NCBI GenBank assembly: GCA_038078615.1 | Contig: JBBTWT010000011.1 | Coordinates: forward strand, 7,480 to 71,479 | From: Patescibacteria group bacterium | GTDB lineage: Bacteria; Patescibacteriota; Minisyncoccia; Moranbacterales; UBA1568 | Length of the DNA: 64,000 nucleotides | Direction: 5' to 3' | Part shown: positions 37,812 to 47,978 of the stretch, piece by piece | Layout: each line of letters opens with the position of its first letter | Position numbering within the stretch: the first letter of the stretch is position 1 | Notes under the pieces: model-generated | What the model was told of the DNA's origin: nothing | What the model saw: the letters and a program-made list of their open reading frames with translations, nothing else | Databases searched by the model: none | Made by a program: the position numbers and the translations under genes

Positions 37812-39923
37812 ATGAAATACTCTCTCAAATGGGAAATCTTGTGGATTTTGAACCTCGTCGTCCTCGGCGTCATTTTGGGAATTCTGGCTATTTATTTTTT
37901 CGGCACGCCGAGCGTCAAGAACATCGCCGATTATCCGCTGAAACAGTCCACTATTTTTTACGATAGGACAGGAATCAAGGAGCTGTATCGTCTCTATGAC
38001 GAAGAAAATCGCATCGTCATAGGACACGATGATATTCCGAAATCCATCCGCCTCGCCACCATCGCGTCGGAAGACGCGAACTTCTACACGCACGACGGCA
38101 TCGACATCCTCGCCATTCTCCGCGCGCTCAAAGTCGATATCGTAAACGGAGAGGTCCGGCAGGGCGGATCAACGATCACGCAGCAGCTCGCGCGCAACCT
38201 CTATCTGACCCGCGAGCGCACGCTCGGGCGCAAGATCCGCGAGGCATTTCTGGCTGTCAAGATCGATCGCCATTTCAATAAAGAAAAGATTCTCGATCTG
38301 TATCTCAACGTCGTCCCCTACGGTTCCAACGCCTACGGCATCGAGACGGCGGCTCAGACGTTTTTCGGAAAATCGGCACGCGATCTCACGCTTGCGGAAA
38401 GCGCCCTCCTCGCGGCTCTCCCCAACGCGCCGACGTATTTCTCTCCATACGGAAATCACGGCGAGGAACTGCGCTGGCGACAACGCAATATTCTCCTCCG
38501 TATGCGCGAGCTCGGTTTTATCAGCGCCCAAGAACTGAAACAGGCATTTACGGTCGATATCCTCGCCGAGGTCATTCCTCTCAAACGCCCGATCATCGCT
38601 CCTCACTTTGTATTCTATGTCATCAGCCAGCTTGAAAAAATCTACTCGAAAGAAGAGTTGCAGGTCAATGGTTTCCGAGTACACACCACGCTCGACCTCG
38701 ATCTCCAGGACGCCGCTCAGCAGGCGGTACAAAGCGGGGCGAGAAGGAATATCTCCCGCGGGGCGAGCAATGCCGGACTCGTGGCGCTTGATCCGCGCTC
38801 AGGCGAGGTGCTCGCGATGGTCGGATCACGGGATTATTTCGATACCGGCATCGACGGCCAAGTGAACGTCACGATACAGGCGCGCCAGCCGGGGTCCGCC
38901 TTCAAGCCGTTCGCCTACGCCACGGCGTTCGAGAAAGGTTTCCAGCCGGAAACACCCATCTACGACCGCCCGATCAATTTCGGTCCCGACGGCAGCGGCC
39001 GCCCCTACATACCGCGCAATTATGACGGGCGCTTCCATGGGTTCCTCACCATGCGTCAGGCGCTTGCCATGTCGCTCAACGTCCCGGCCGTGCAGACGCT
39101 CGCGCTCGCCGGCGTCCGAGACACCATCGCGCTTGCCACGCGCCTCGGCATCACCACGCTCACCGACCCGTCGCGCTACGGCCTGGCGCTCGTCTTGGGC
39201 GGCGCCGAGGTGAAGCCGATCGATATGGCGAGCGCTTTCTCGGTGTTCAGCCAGGACGGCATCCGCCACGAGATCAATCCTGTCTTGAAAATCATCGACC
39301 GGAATGGTGAAAAATATGTGCGTGTGCGCAACAAAGACGGCACGCGCGTCTTGAACACCGATATCGCCCGCAAGATAAACTCCATCCTCTCGGATAACGC
39401 GGCGCGCACGCCGATATTCGGTTCGAACAGTCCGCTCGCTTTCCCCGCGGGAGTGACGGTCGCCGCCAAAACCGGGACGACGCAGAATTTCCGCGATGCC
39501 TGGACGGTAGGATACACGCCCTCCATCGCCGCGGCCGTCTGGGCCGGCAACAACGACAACCGGCCGATGCGCGGAGGCGCGGACGGCGTGTTCGTCGCCG
39601 CTCCCATCTGGCGGGAATTCATGAACGCCGCCCTTCTCCGTTTTCCGAAAACAGGTTTCGTGTCTTACACCACAGAGACTGCCACTCCCGAAGCGACGGA
39701 AAAATCCGAATTCGCTGGTGCGAAAACCATCTATTTCGACAAGAAAACCGGCCGAGAAATTTCCAAAGAAAAGGCGAAGAAACTCAAAAAAAGCCGCGTG
39801 GAAAAACGCGCGACTAATGAATTTTCTCCTGAAGGACTTTCTCTCGAAGACTCTTCTCCTGATACGACCATTTCTTTCGATTCTATCCGCGGAGCCTACG
39901 CTTCTCTCCTCCCCAAACCCTAA
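37812..39923 (+). CDS. Class A penicillin-binding protein (PBP1A family)
   Basis: ASEDANFYTHDG, GGSTITQQL, PGSAFKPF (SxxK), SLN, KTGT. Confidence 0.95.
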   Translation: MKYSLKWEILWILNLVVLGVILGILAIYFFGTPSVKNIADYPLKQSTIFYDRTGIKELYRLYDEENRIVIGHDDIPKSIRLATIASEDANFYTHDGIDILAILRALKVDIVNGEVRQGGSTITQQLARNLYLTRERTLGRKIREAFLAVKIDRHFNKEKILDLYLNVVPYGSNAYGIETAAQTFFGKSARDLTLAESALLAALPNAPTYFSPYGNHGEELRWRQRNILLRMRELGFISAQELKQAFTVDILAEVIPLKRPIIAPHFVFYVISQLEKIYSKEELQVNGFRVHTTLDLDLQDAAQQAVQSGARRNISRGASNAGLVALDPRSGEVLAMVGSRDYFDTGIDGQVNVTIQARQPGSAFKPFAYATAFEKGFQPETPIYDRPINFGPDGSGRPYIPRNYDGRFHGFLTMRQALAMSLNVPAVQTLALAGVRDTIALATRLGITTLTDPSRYGLALVLGGAEVKPIDMASAFSVFSQDGIRHEINPVLKIIDRNGEKYVRVRNKDGTRVLNTDIARKINSILSDNAARTPIFGSNSPLAFPAGVTVAAKTGTTQNFRDAWTVGYTPSIAAAVWAGNNDNRPMRGGADGVFVAAPIWREFMNAALLRFPKTGFVSYTTETATPEATEKSEFAGAKTIYFDKKTGREISKEKAKKLKKSRVEKRATNEFSPEGLSLEDSSPDTTISFDSIRGAYASLLPKP

Positions 39924-40018
39924 CGGGTAGAGAAATTCACTCTTTCCGCAGGGCGTCCATCGGAGAAAATTTCGACGCGCGATAGGCTGGCGCGATGCCG
40001 ATCAGGCCGCCGATACAT

Positions 40019-40447
40019 TTAGAATAGCCCCTGGCGTTTCTCCTCCGCGTCCATCGCCTCGTTCGCAGCAGCGTCCGCTACGGTATTCAATTCTCGCCGC
40101 ACGTGGACGAACCGCACATCGGCGAAATCGAGCATCAGGTTCCATACTGCCAGAAACAAGGGCTGCAATTTCTCATTCTCGATCTTGTACTCGTGATTGA
40201 GCTGCTTGCAGGCGAGTTCGCTATCCATCCGGCACTCGACAGCCATTCGCTTCGCTTTCGCCTTGCCGATGAGCGATTTGATCTTTTTCAGACCGGAGAC
40301 GATGGCCGCGTATTCGGCCTCATTGTTCGTCTTCGCTCCCAGGCATTCGCCGTACGTCTTATCGAGCGTCTCGATATAGACACCGAGCGCCGCCGGTCCC
40401 GGATTGCCACGCGATCCGCCATCGCTATACATCACGATTCTTTCCAT
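40019..40447 (-). CDS. rnhA: Ribonuclease HI
   Basis: DGGSRGNPGP, TNNEAEY, MDSEL, HVRRELN. Confidence 0.93.
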   Translation of the reverse strand: MERIVMYSDGGSRGNPGPAALGVYIETLDKTYGECLGAKTNNEAEYAAIVSGLKKIKSLIGKAKAKRMAVECRMDSELACKQLNHEYKIENEKLQPLFLAVWNLMLDFADVRFVHVRRELNTVADAAANEAMDAEEKRQGLF

Positions 40448-40596
40448 ATCTGAATAACGCTAAAATATCAAGTAAATTTCCCCTTCAGGATACCATACAG
40501 ACGTATTTTTATCTATCAGGAAAACAAAACCTTCAAAAAATAAAAACGCCGTACCCGAAGGTCGTGCGTCAAATGTGCGAGGTATAGTAGGTGTAC

Positions 40597-41082
40597 TTAC
40601 CCGAGCTTGAAGGGTGAAACGATGATGCGCGGTTCGACATATATCGGCCGCACTTCCTTCCCGTTCGGATTCTTACACATCACCCACGTGCCTTCCGCCG
40701 ATGCTGGCGAAAAAAGCCCGTTGGGATCCGCTTGTGGAAGAGTAATACTCCGGTTGTAATTCTCCACTTTCTGTGGATTGGTGAACTGGGTAGCATACGG
40801 GATGCCATACCCGATAGAGTCACAGAAGAAGACGAGTTTTCCCTGCATCTCATTCCACACGTATGTGTAGGTCACCAACCCCTGTTGATCGCGGAGCTCG
40901 AGAATGTCCTTCAGGAGCTTACGCTCCCGGAAATTCTTGATGGCCGGCATGCCGACCTGTGCGGTCCCTTCCTGCAGCATTTTCTCCTGCTGAGCCCGCT
41001 GAGTATCGTCGCTTGTCGGACGCCAATCGCAGCTAACGAGCAAAACAGTAAAGCACACCAAAACAAAAATAGAAGTTCTCAT
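40597..41082 (-). CDS. Hypothetical lipoprotein
   Basis: Lipobox LLVSC; GYGIPYATQFTNPQK, QADPNGLF; SD-like AGGAG. Confidence 0.8.
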   Translation of the reverse strand: MRTSIFVLVCFTVLLVSCDWRPTSDDTQRAQQEKMLQEGTAQVGMPAIKNFRERKLLKDILELRDQQGLVTYTYVWNEMQGKLVFFCDSIGYGIPYATQFTNPQKVENYNRSITLPQADPNGLFSPASAEGTWVMCKNPNGKEVRPIYVEPRIIVSPFKLG

Positions 41083-41113
41083 GCTCTTCTCCTGGTTGTT
41101 GGTTGGTTGGTTG

Positions 41114-41467
41114 TCAGCGAGCCATCACACGATCACGCTTAAGATCGGTGATGAATTGACGCAGATCGGCTGGCACTTGCGGCTGAGTGAGATCGAAATC
41201 CGCCGCACGATGCAGAATCATATCGGCAAGCGCCACTTTGTGAGCATCGCCGGCCTGCACGTACTGGAATTGCATGTTCTGCAGCTCCTGAATCATGCCC
41301 TGATTGTAGGCTTTCGATTGTTCGAAGGTTTCCCGACGCACCTGCTCGTACTGCGGTGCGAAGACCTTGTACAGGAAGAAGTCGTTCCCCTGCAGGATCC
41401 ATACGAACCCAAGCAGTAGAACGACGATGCCAGATATACCCAGAACCATCTTTGTCCCTTCGCTCAT
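41114..41467 (-). CDS. Hypothetical membrane-anchored protein
   Basis: Single N-terminal TM helix; SD GAGGTG; own promoter. Confidence 0.8.
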   Translation of the reverse strand: MSEGTKMVLGISGIVVLLLGFVWILQGNDFFLYKVFAPQYEQVRRETFEQSKAYNQGMIQELQNMQFQYVQAGDAHKVALADMILHRAADFDLTQPQVPADLRQFITDLKRDRVMAR

Positions 41468-41550
41468 GTTTCACCTCGTTTGTTAAATGACAAATTTGCT
41501 GCAGATTTCTGCGCAGCCTCAGAGTCGCCAGAATAGTTCGACGACAACCA

Positions 41551-41579
41551 ATTGTAGCACATCCCCAATAAAAAGTCAA
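41551..41579 (-). promoter_or_regulatory. sigma70-type promoter of the two-gene unit
   Basis: TTGACT-17 nt-TACAAT with an extended -10 TG. Confidence 0.75.
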
Positions 41580-41699
41580 TACGTACGGCTTAGTAATCTA
41601 GAAATTCACCCTACAGCAGAGCTTTGAGAAATTAGATTCTTGAATTTACCCTCAACCAAGCGATTTGTCTCAAAACAGTCAGTCCTGTAGAATCAGACT

Positions 41700-42719
41700 A
41701 TGATCCGTATCATACAATCAAAAAGAGTCTCCGGTTTTGTTCCGGTATTTTTGGCTTTTTTCGGAAACGCGTTCATTACGGTCATAAAGTTCGTCGGGTT
41801 TTTCCTGTCCGGATCGGGAGCGCTCTTCTCCGAGGCGATCCACAGTTTGGCCGATACGATGAATCAGGGGCTGCTCATGGTCGGTCTCAAGCTCTCGACG
41901 AAGAAAGCGGACGAGGATTTCTCGTACGGCTACGGACAGGAACGGTTCTTGTGGGCGCTCATCTCGGCGTGCGGAATCTTTTTCCTCGGCGCGGGAGTGA
42001 CGATATACCGCGGGATCGACTCGCTCATCCATCCGGAGAGTGTACATATCAGTCCGATCATCTTCGGCATCCTCATCGTCGCCTTCGTCATCGAGACAAT
42101 CACGTTCATCGCTGCGGCGCGCGAACTGAAGAAACACAATCCGGACAGCACTTTGTCAGAAATCCTGGAAGAGGGCGACCCGACGACGATCGCGGTTCTC
42201 TACGAGGACGGGGTGGCGGTGCTCGGCGTCCTGATTGCGCTCGGAAGCATCTTCCTCACGCTCGTCACCGGGCATGCGTATTGGGACGCGATCGGATCGA
42301 TCATCATCGGAGCGCTCCTCGGCGTCGTCGCGGTCGTGCTGATCGCCAAGAACAGAGCCTACCTCATCGGCAAAAACATTCCCGAGGAGATGAAGGATCA
42401 GGTGATCGAGATGCTGGAAGCCGACCCGGCCATCGAGAAAGTGCTGGATTTCAAATCCTCGGTTCTCGACGTGCACCACTATCAGATCAAATGCGAGGTG
42501 GAATTCAACGGCTCGGCGCTGATGAAAGAAATGTTCAAGAAAGGGTTTATCAAGGAGGAGTATGAGTTCGTCAAAGACGACTATCAGGAATTCATAAAAT
42601 TTCTCGTGGATTATGCCGATCGCGTGCCTCGGCTCATCGGCACCAGAATCGACAAGATAGAGAAGCGGATTCAAAATAAGATCCCATCGATCAAACACAT
42701 CGATATCGAGATCAACTGA
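41700..42719 (+). CDS. Cation diffusion facilitator transporter (ZnT9-like)
   Basis: SEAIHSLAD, YGYGQERF, EDGVAVLG, DAIGS. Confidence 0.92.
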   Translation: MIRIIQSKRVSGFVPVFLAFFGNAFITVIKFVGFFLSGSGALFSEAIHSLADTMNQGLLMVGLKLSTKKADEDFSYGYGQERFLWALISACGIFFLGAGVTIYRGIDSLIHPESVHISPIIFGILIVAFVIETITFIAAARELKKHNPDSTLSEILEEGDPTTIAVLYEDGVAVLGVLIALGSIFLTLVTGHAYWDAIGSIIIGALLGVVAVVLIAKNRAYLIGKNIPEEMKDQVIEMLEADPAIEKVLDFKSSVLDVHHYQIKCEVEFNGSALMKEMFKKGFIKEEYEFVKDDYQEFIKFLVDYADRVPRLIGTRIDKIEKRIQNKIPSIKHIDIEIN

Positions 42720-42741
42720 TGACGCGCGCGGGCTCGTCGCA

Positions 42742-44454
42742 TCAGCCGTTTCTGCGGCGCATATCGAGCAGTTTCAGCTGGATGCTCGCGGATCCGTTCC
42801 ACATATTCTCGCTCAGCTGGAAAACGATATCGAGCAGCTCTCCCCTCCGCAGGTCGGGAAACGCGGCACCCAGGGAAAAACCGATGGCGTCGAACATTTT
42901 CGCTCCGCCGGTATCGGGCGCGAGCCTGAGTTTCAGGTGCTTGCTGCCATTTCCCACCAGCCGCGCCTCTTCGACGCGCATATTCTCGAGCACGAATACC
43001 GGCTCAGGGTTGCCCTCGCCGAACGGAGCGAAGAGCCGGAGGTCGCGGACGAGTTTCGGCACGATGTGCTCCGGTTTGAGACGCGCGTCGATCCGGAGCT
43101 CCGGTGCGGTCACGACGCCCTGCAGACGCTCTTCGGCAAGCGCATTGAATTTCTCATAGAATATCTCCAGATTCTCGTTTCGTATCGTCATGCCCGCCGC
43201 CTGCGCGTGCCCGCCGAACTTCACCAGAAGATCGCCGCACTGTTCGAGCACCTCGATAATATTCAGTTCTGGGATGCTCCGGAACGATCCCTGGCTCGTC
43301 GCGATTCCCCGAGTCATCACGCAGGTCGGCTTGCGGAACTCGCTCGCGATACGTCCGGCGATGAGCCCCACGATACCGAATGGGAAATGCTCGTCCACGG
43401 CAAAGATGAATTTCTTATCGGCATACTGTTCGTGAGCGATCGCCCGCACCTCGTCGGTGGTCGCCGCGGTGATCTTCTGACGGGCGACATTGTGGGCGTC
43501 GAGCTCGAGAGCGAGCACCCGGGCATGCGCCTGGTTCTTCTCCATCAGAAGATCGTGCGCGAGCATCGCGTGCGCCATACGGGACGCGGCGTTGATGCGC
43601 GGAGCGATGCGGAATCCGATCATCCGGGCATCCGGCTTCGCATGCTCGTCGATCCTGATGCCGCCGACGGCGAACATCTCCTGGAGTCCCACACGGCGCG
43701 TTTTCCCGAGGACGAGCAGCCCGTATTTCACGATGGCGCGGTTCTCGCCGACGAGCGGCATCACGTCCGCCACCGTTCCGATAGCGACGACATCGAGCAG
43801 CCATTTCAGCTGATCCGTCTGCGTCGGAAGATAGCGCGCGTAGAGCGCCTGCGCCACCTTGAAACTCGTCCCGGCGCCGCAGAGTTCGCGGAACGGATAG
43901 GTCTCGTCTGGCAGTTTCGGATTGATGATGGCGAATGCCTCCGGCAAAACCTTCGGCACGTGATGATGATCGATCACGATGATATCTATGCCGCGTTTCT
44001 TCGCCTCGGAAATCTCCGCGTGATTGGTCATGCCGCAATCGAGCGTTAGGGCGAGCCGCACGCCCTCGCGTTCGAAAAAATCGACGGCATTCGCATGCAG
44101 CCCGTGCCCTTCGCTCAGTTTTTCCGGGATATAGACGGCGACGCCGATACCGAGCGCCTCGAGCGCCTCGCGCATGATGATGGAGGATGTCACTCCGTCG
44201 GCGTCATAATCGCCGAACACGCCGATACGCTCGCCGCGCTTCATCACCTCGCCGATACGCACCACGACGCGTTCCATCCGGGCAAACAGAAAAGGATCGT
44301 GGATATCGCGATCGAAGTTCGGGAACAGGAAACGCTCGCGCGCGTCCTCATCGGCGTAGCCCCGCTCGGCGAGCAGCGCCTCGGTCACCGGATGATATTT
44401 TCTCTCTCGTGCGCCTTCCGGCACAGCATCAATCCTATATTTCCATACCGCCAT
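42742..44454 (-). CDS. recJ: ssDNA exonuclease RecJ
   Basis: GDYDADG, DHH, GTVADV, PRINAA, FGGHAQAAG, PFGEGNPEP. Confidence 0.96.
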   Translation of the reverse strand: MAVWKYRIDAVPEGARERKYHPVTEALLAERGYADEDARERFLFPNFDRDIHDPFLFARMERVVVRIGEVMKRGERIGVFGDYDADGVTSSIIMREALEALGIGVAVYIPEKLSEGHGLHANAVDFFEREGVRLALTLDCGMTNHAEISEAKKRGIDIIVIDHHHVPKVLPEAFAIINPKLPDETYPFRELCGAGTSFKVAQALYARYLPTQTDQLKWLLDVVAIGTVADVMPLVGENRAIVKYGLLVLGKTRRVGLQEMFAVGGIRIDEHAKPDARMIGFRIAPRINAASRMAHAMLAHDLLMEKNQAHARVLALELDAHNVARQKITAATTDEVRAIAHEQYADKKFIFAVDEHFPFGIVGLIAGRIASEFRKPTCVMTRGIATSQGSFRSIPELNIIEVLEQCGDLLVKFGGHAQAAGMTIRNENLEIFYEKFNALAEERLQGVVTAPELRIDARLKPEHIVPKLVRDLRLFAPFGEGNPEPVFVLENMRVEEARLVGNGSKHLKLRLAPDTGGAKMFDAIGFSLGAAFPDLRRGELLDIVFQLSENMWNGSASIQLKLLDMRRRNG

Positions 44455-44474
44455 AATTCATCGTATCTATTATT

Positions 44475-46016
44475 TCAAATAGTGTAGAGAGTGTCTTTCA
44501 CTATCAATCTTTCTTTTCCTTCAATAAATTTGTCATATCCGAACGAACGATAGTAGTCGAACAACATAACCTCCTCTTTAGTTTCTAATTTATATTCTGA
44601 ATAATCTCGCTGAATTTCAACAAAAGTAGAGTCTGATATTTTCCTGGCGGCAATCTCACTAAGAACCCCATCGCCCCGTTTGTAATTCATCCCAATATTC
44701 ATACCTGCCCCATTAGCAAAAGCGAATTTATCGCGTAGTGCGATGTATTCTGGCAGATACTTCAGCGCGATTTTTCTCAAGATAAGTTTTGTGTATTGCT
44801 TCCCATTGTACTCACCAACCTTCTGTGAACTATCGAGAGGCATAGCAATATCGACTAGTTTCTGATCGAAAAACGGACAACGAGTTTCTACTGTATATCT
44901 CATCGCCATCTTATCGATTCTCATAAGATTACCTCTCGACATTGACTCCAAAAGCATTTTGCAACCGAGATTTATTTTTGATTTATTAATATCAAGAAAC
45001 TCATTGTAGCCAGCAAATATCTCATCTGCTCCCTCGCCGGTGAGTACAATTTTAAAACCAAGCCTGTGTGCAAATTTCGAAATAATATCGTTTGCAAAAG
45101 AGTGACGGACAATATTCGGATCATACGTTTCAACAAAATAAACGATGTTCGCTAATTCATGCTCGTAATTTATTTTCGGCTCAATTACTCTGTATTTCCA
45201 CTGCTTTTCTTTGCACAACCTTACAGCACTGATATAGTCAGGTGAATCAGTTTTACCTAAAATGAGAGCTGTAACATTTCGGTGGAGTCGTGTTGCGAGT
45301 TCCATGATTAAACTACTATCGACCCCTCCGCTCAAAAAAACCGCAATCGGTAAATCAGTTTGTACACGCTTTGCGACTGATTCCTCAATGATTTTCTGTA
45401 CAGTCTTCTCCTCTGCATTCTTATTGTCAATTGTCGTAGAGCCAAAATATCTTACAAACTTGTTTTTATAAAAATAGTGCCCCGGCGGGAACTCGTGAAT
45501 TTTTTTTACATCTTCCAAACAGACAAGGGCTTTCATTTCCGAAGCAAGATAAAAATTCTTATGTTCGTCAAAAGCATAGTACAGCGGCTTTACTCCGATC
45601 CTATCCCGTGCGACAAAAATTTCGTTGGATTTTTTATCATAAATTACGAATGCAAACATTTCAGAATCTAGCTTTAAAACTGTTTTCTCCTTATACTCTT
45701 TCCACAGATGGACCAATACCTCCGTATCGTTGTGCGTGCGGAGGGTGTGACCGAGCGATTGTAGTTTTTGAGCTAGATTGACAAAGTTGAAAATCTCTCC
45801 GCTTTGAATAGCAAAAATATCGCCGTTTTTGTCTTGTTGTGGTTGCATCCCAAGTTTTTCGTCTACGATAGCGAGACGGTTGGCTCCGAGAGCAGCATGA
45901 TCAAAAACTTTGTACTCAAAACTATACTCACCACGGTGAGTAATTTTTGAAAGAGATGCTTTTAACTTCTCTTCTTTATTGTTTACTTCCCCAAAAATCG
46001 CAGCTATTCCGCACAT
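44475..46016 (-). CDS. asnB: Asparagine synthase (glutamine-hydrolysing) family amidotransferase
   Basis: MCGI N-terminal nucleophile, RLAIVD, LSGGVDSS, TGEGADE. Confidence 0.88.
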   Translation of the reverse strand: MCGIAAIFGEVNNKEEKLKASLSKITHRGEYSFEYKVFDHAALGANRLAIVDEKLGMQPQQDKNGDIFAIQSGEIFNFVNLAQKLQSLGHTLRTHNDTEVLVHLWKEYKEKTVLKLDSEMFAFVIYDKKSNEIFVARDRIGVKPLYYAFDEHKNFYLASEMKALVCLEDVKKIHEFPPGHYFYKNKFVRYFGSTTIDNKNAEEKTVQKIIEESVAKRVQTDLPIAVFLSGGVDSSLIMELATRLHRNVTALILGKTDSPDYISAVRLCKEKQWKYRVIEPKINYEHELANIVYFVETYDPNIVRHSFANDIISKFAHRLGFKIVLTGEGADEIFAGYNEFLDINKSKINLGCKMLLESMSRGNLMRIDKMAMRYTVETRCPFFDQKLVDIAMPLDSSQKVGEYNGKQYTKLILRKIALKYLPEYIALRDKFAFANGAGMNIGMNYKRGDGVLSEIAARKISDSTFVEIQRDYSEYKLETKEEVMLFDYYRSFGYDKFIEGKERLIVKDTLYTI

Positions 46017-46135
46017 GCCCTGATTATATCAGCTTTCGTCTCTTTTCCATAAGTTACTGCCAACACAGAAAAACAGATCGGGAATGTTGTAAAATTCCTT
46101 TTCTTCCAAAGTAAGATAAGCCATGAAGAAACTCG

Positions 46136-46690
46136 TCAGATGCACGTGATTTCCGCGTCAAAACGATTGACGTCGCCGTCACGCTTGCGCAGCTTGAGCA
46201 CGATACGGCCGCCAACCTTCTCTTCAGAACAGACGAAGTCTGGATTCAGATCGAAATCCTTCGCGAATTTCGCCGCATCAAAATTGAACGGGTCGATACC
46301 GAGTACGTATTCCTTGAAAGTCAGGATGCTGTTGATACGCGCAATCATATCGTTCGGCGATGTCATATCTCGGATCAAAAAATCCTTCACTCCGAGCGCC
46401 GTCGCGCGCTTGGCATCTTCTTCGCGTCCGAGGTGCGAGAGAAAGATGACCGGCACTCCGGCGGTCGCGACATTCTTCCTGAGCGCCTCGAAAAACTGAA
46501 AGCCGTCCATCCGCGGCATGATGATGCCGGTGACGATGATGTCCGGCACATCCTTGCTCGCCGACTCCAGCCCTTCGAGCCCGTCATTGCCCTCGCGCAC
46601 GTCGAAATTCACCGCGCGCAGGGCGTCGGCGTACAGGCTCCGCGTATTCACATCGTCGTCCACGATCAGGAGCTTCATCGCTTTTTCCAT
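46136..46690 (-). CDS. Response regulator receiver protein, atypical
   Basis: LIVDDD, PRMDG; the phosphoacceptor position reads TGIIMP (Asp replaced by Gly). Confidence 0.8.
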   Translation of the reverse strand: MEKAMKLLIVDDDVNTRSLYADALRAVNFDVREGNDGLEGLESASKDVPDIIVTGIIMPRMDGFQFFEALRKNVATAGVPVIFLSHLGREEDAKRATALGVKDFLIRDMTSPNDMIARINSILTFKEYVLGIDPFNFDAAKFAKDFDLNPDFVCSEEKVGGRIVLKLRKRDGDVNRFDAEITCI

Positions 46691-46732
46691 AATGGTGCAT
46701 TTAATAAATACCCTCTTACCCCCATTGTATAC

Positions 46733-46763
46733 AAAAACAGGCCTCTCGGCAAAGAGAGGCCTG
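46733..46763 (-). terminator. Intrinsic terminator after dnaJ
   Basis: CAGGCCTCTC-loop-GAGAGGCCTG followed by T5 on the minus strand. Confidence 0.75.
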
Positions 46764-46786
46764 CGAAGCGGATATTCATCCGCGGG

Positions 46787-47875
46787 CTATCCGTTCAGTT
46801 TTCCGAGCTGTTCGATGAGGTGTTTCTCTTCGCGGGAGAGCTTTTTCGGCACGCACAAAGAGACGGTCACCAGATGATCGCCGCGGCCGTAATGCCCGAG
46901 ATGCGGCACGCCCTTGCCGCGTATGCGGAACACCTCTCCCGGCTGCGTGCCGGCCGGAACCTTCATCGTCACGGGACCTTCGACGGTCTCCACGTCCACC
47001 TTGGCGCCGAGCGCCGCCTCTGCGAACGCGATGTGGAGATACGAGACGATATCGTCGCCGCGGCGCTTGAGCGACGCATGCGGACGGATATGGATATTGA
47101 TGAACAGGTCGCCTGACGGAGCGCCGTCTTCTCCCGCCGCTCCGCCTCCGCGCATGGAGAGCGTCTGCTCATCGTGTACGCCGGCCGGGATCTCGATCAC
47201 AATCCGCTCTTCCTTGTGCATGCGTCCGGCGCCGTGACACTCCGCGCATTTTTCCGCGTATGTCTTGCCGCGTCCGTGACAGCGCTCGCACGTCTTCATC
47301 TGCGCGAACGCGCCGAAAATGGTCTGTACCACGCTCTGTATCTGCCCGCTCCCCTTGCAATCCGCGCAGGACGTTTCTTTGGATCCCGGCTTTCCGCCCG
47401 TGCCGTGACAGACGCTGCAGCGGGACAATTTGCGCAATCGCACGTCCTTTCTGGCACCCTTCACCATCTCTTCGAACGCGATCTCCACATCCACCGAGAT
47501 ATCGGCGCCGGCGCGACCATGACCGCGGGAACGGCCGCTCCCGCCGAACATATCGGCGAAAATATCCTCGAAACCCGTCCCGGAAAAATCCCAGCCCGAG
47601 GCTGGTCCGCCTTGGGCGGAGAAACCATCAAAGCCGGCTCCTCTCTGCCTTGATCCTCCTCCGTTACCGCTATAGGTCTGACCGAACTGGTCGTACTGAT
47701 GGCGCTTCTCTTTGTCGGACAATACCTGATAGGCCTCGTTGATCTCCTTGAATTTCTTCTCATCGCCGCCGCCCTTGTCCGGATGATATTTGTGCGCGAG
47801 CCTGCGGAACGCCTTCTTGATCTCGTCATCCGAGGCGCCTTTGGCTATGCCCAATGTGTCGTAATAATTCGCCAT
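46787..47875 (-). CDS. dnaJ: Chaperone DnaJ
   Basis: J domain with HPD, G/F region, four CxxCxGxG repeats. Confidence 0.97.
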   Translation of the reverse strand: MANYYDTLGIAKGASDDEIKKAFRRLAHKYHPDKGGGDEKKFKEINEAYQVLSDKEKRHQYDQFGQTYSGNGGGSRQRGAGFDGFSAQGGPASGWDFSGTGFEDIFADMFGGSGRSRGHGRAGADISVDVEIAFEEMVKGARKDVRLRKLSRCSVCHGTGGKPGSKETSCADCKGSGQIQSVVQTIFGAFAQMKTCERCHGRGKTYAEKCAECHGAGRMHKEERIVIEIPAGVHDEQTLSMRGGGAAGEDGAPSGDLFINIHIRPHASLKRRGDDIVSYLHIAFAEAALGAKVDVETVEGPVTMKVPAGTQPGEVFRIRGKGVPHLGHYGRGDHLVTVSLCVPKKLSREEKHLIEQLGKLNG

Positions 47876-47978
47876 AATCGTCTCAGATATTCTTTGATAA
47901 CATCATAGGAACATCTTAGCGTAAAACAAAAAAATTAGCAATCTCTTGACCAGAGTGCCAATCATACGCTGTCTGCGC

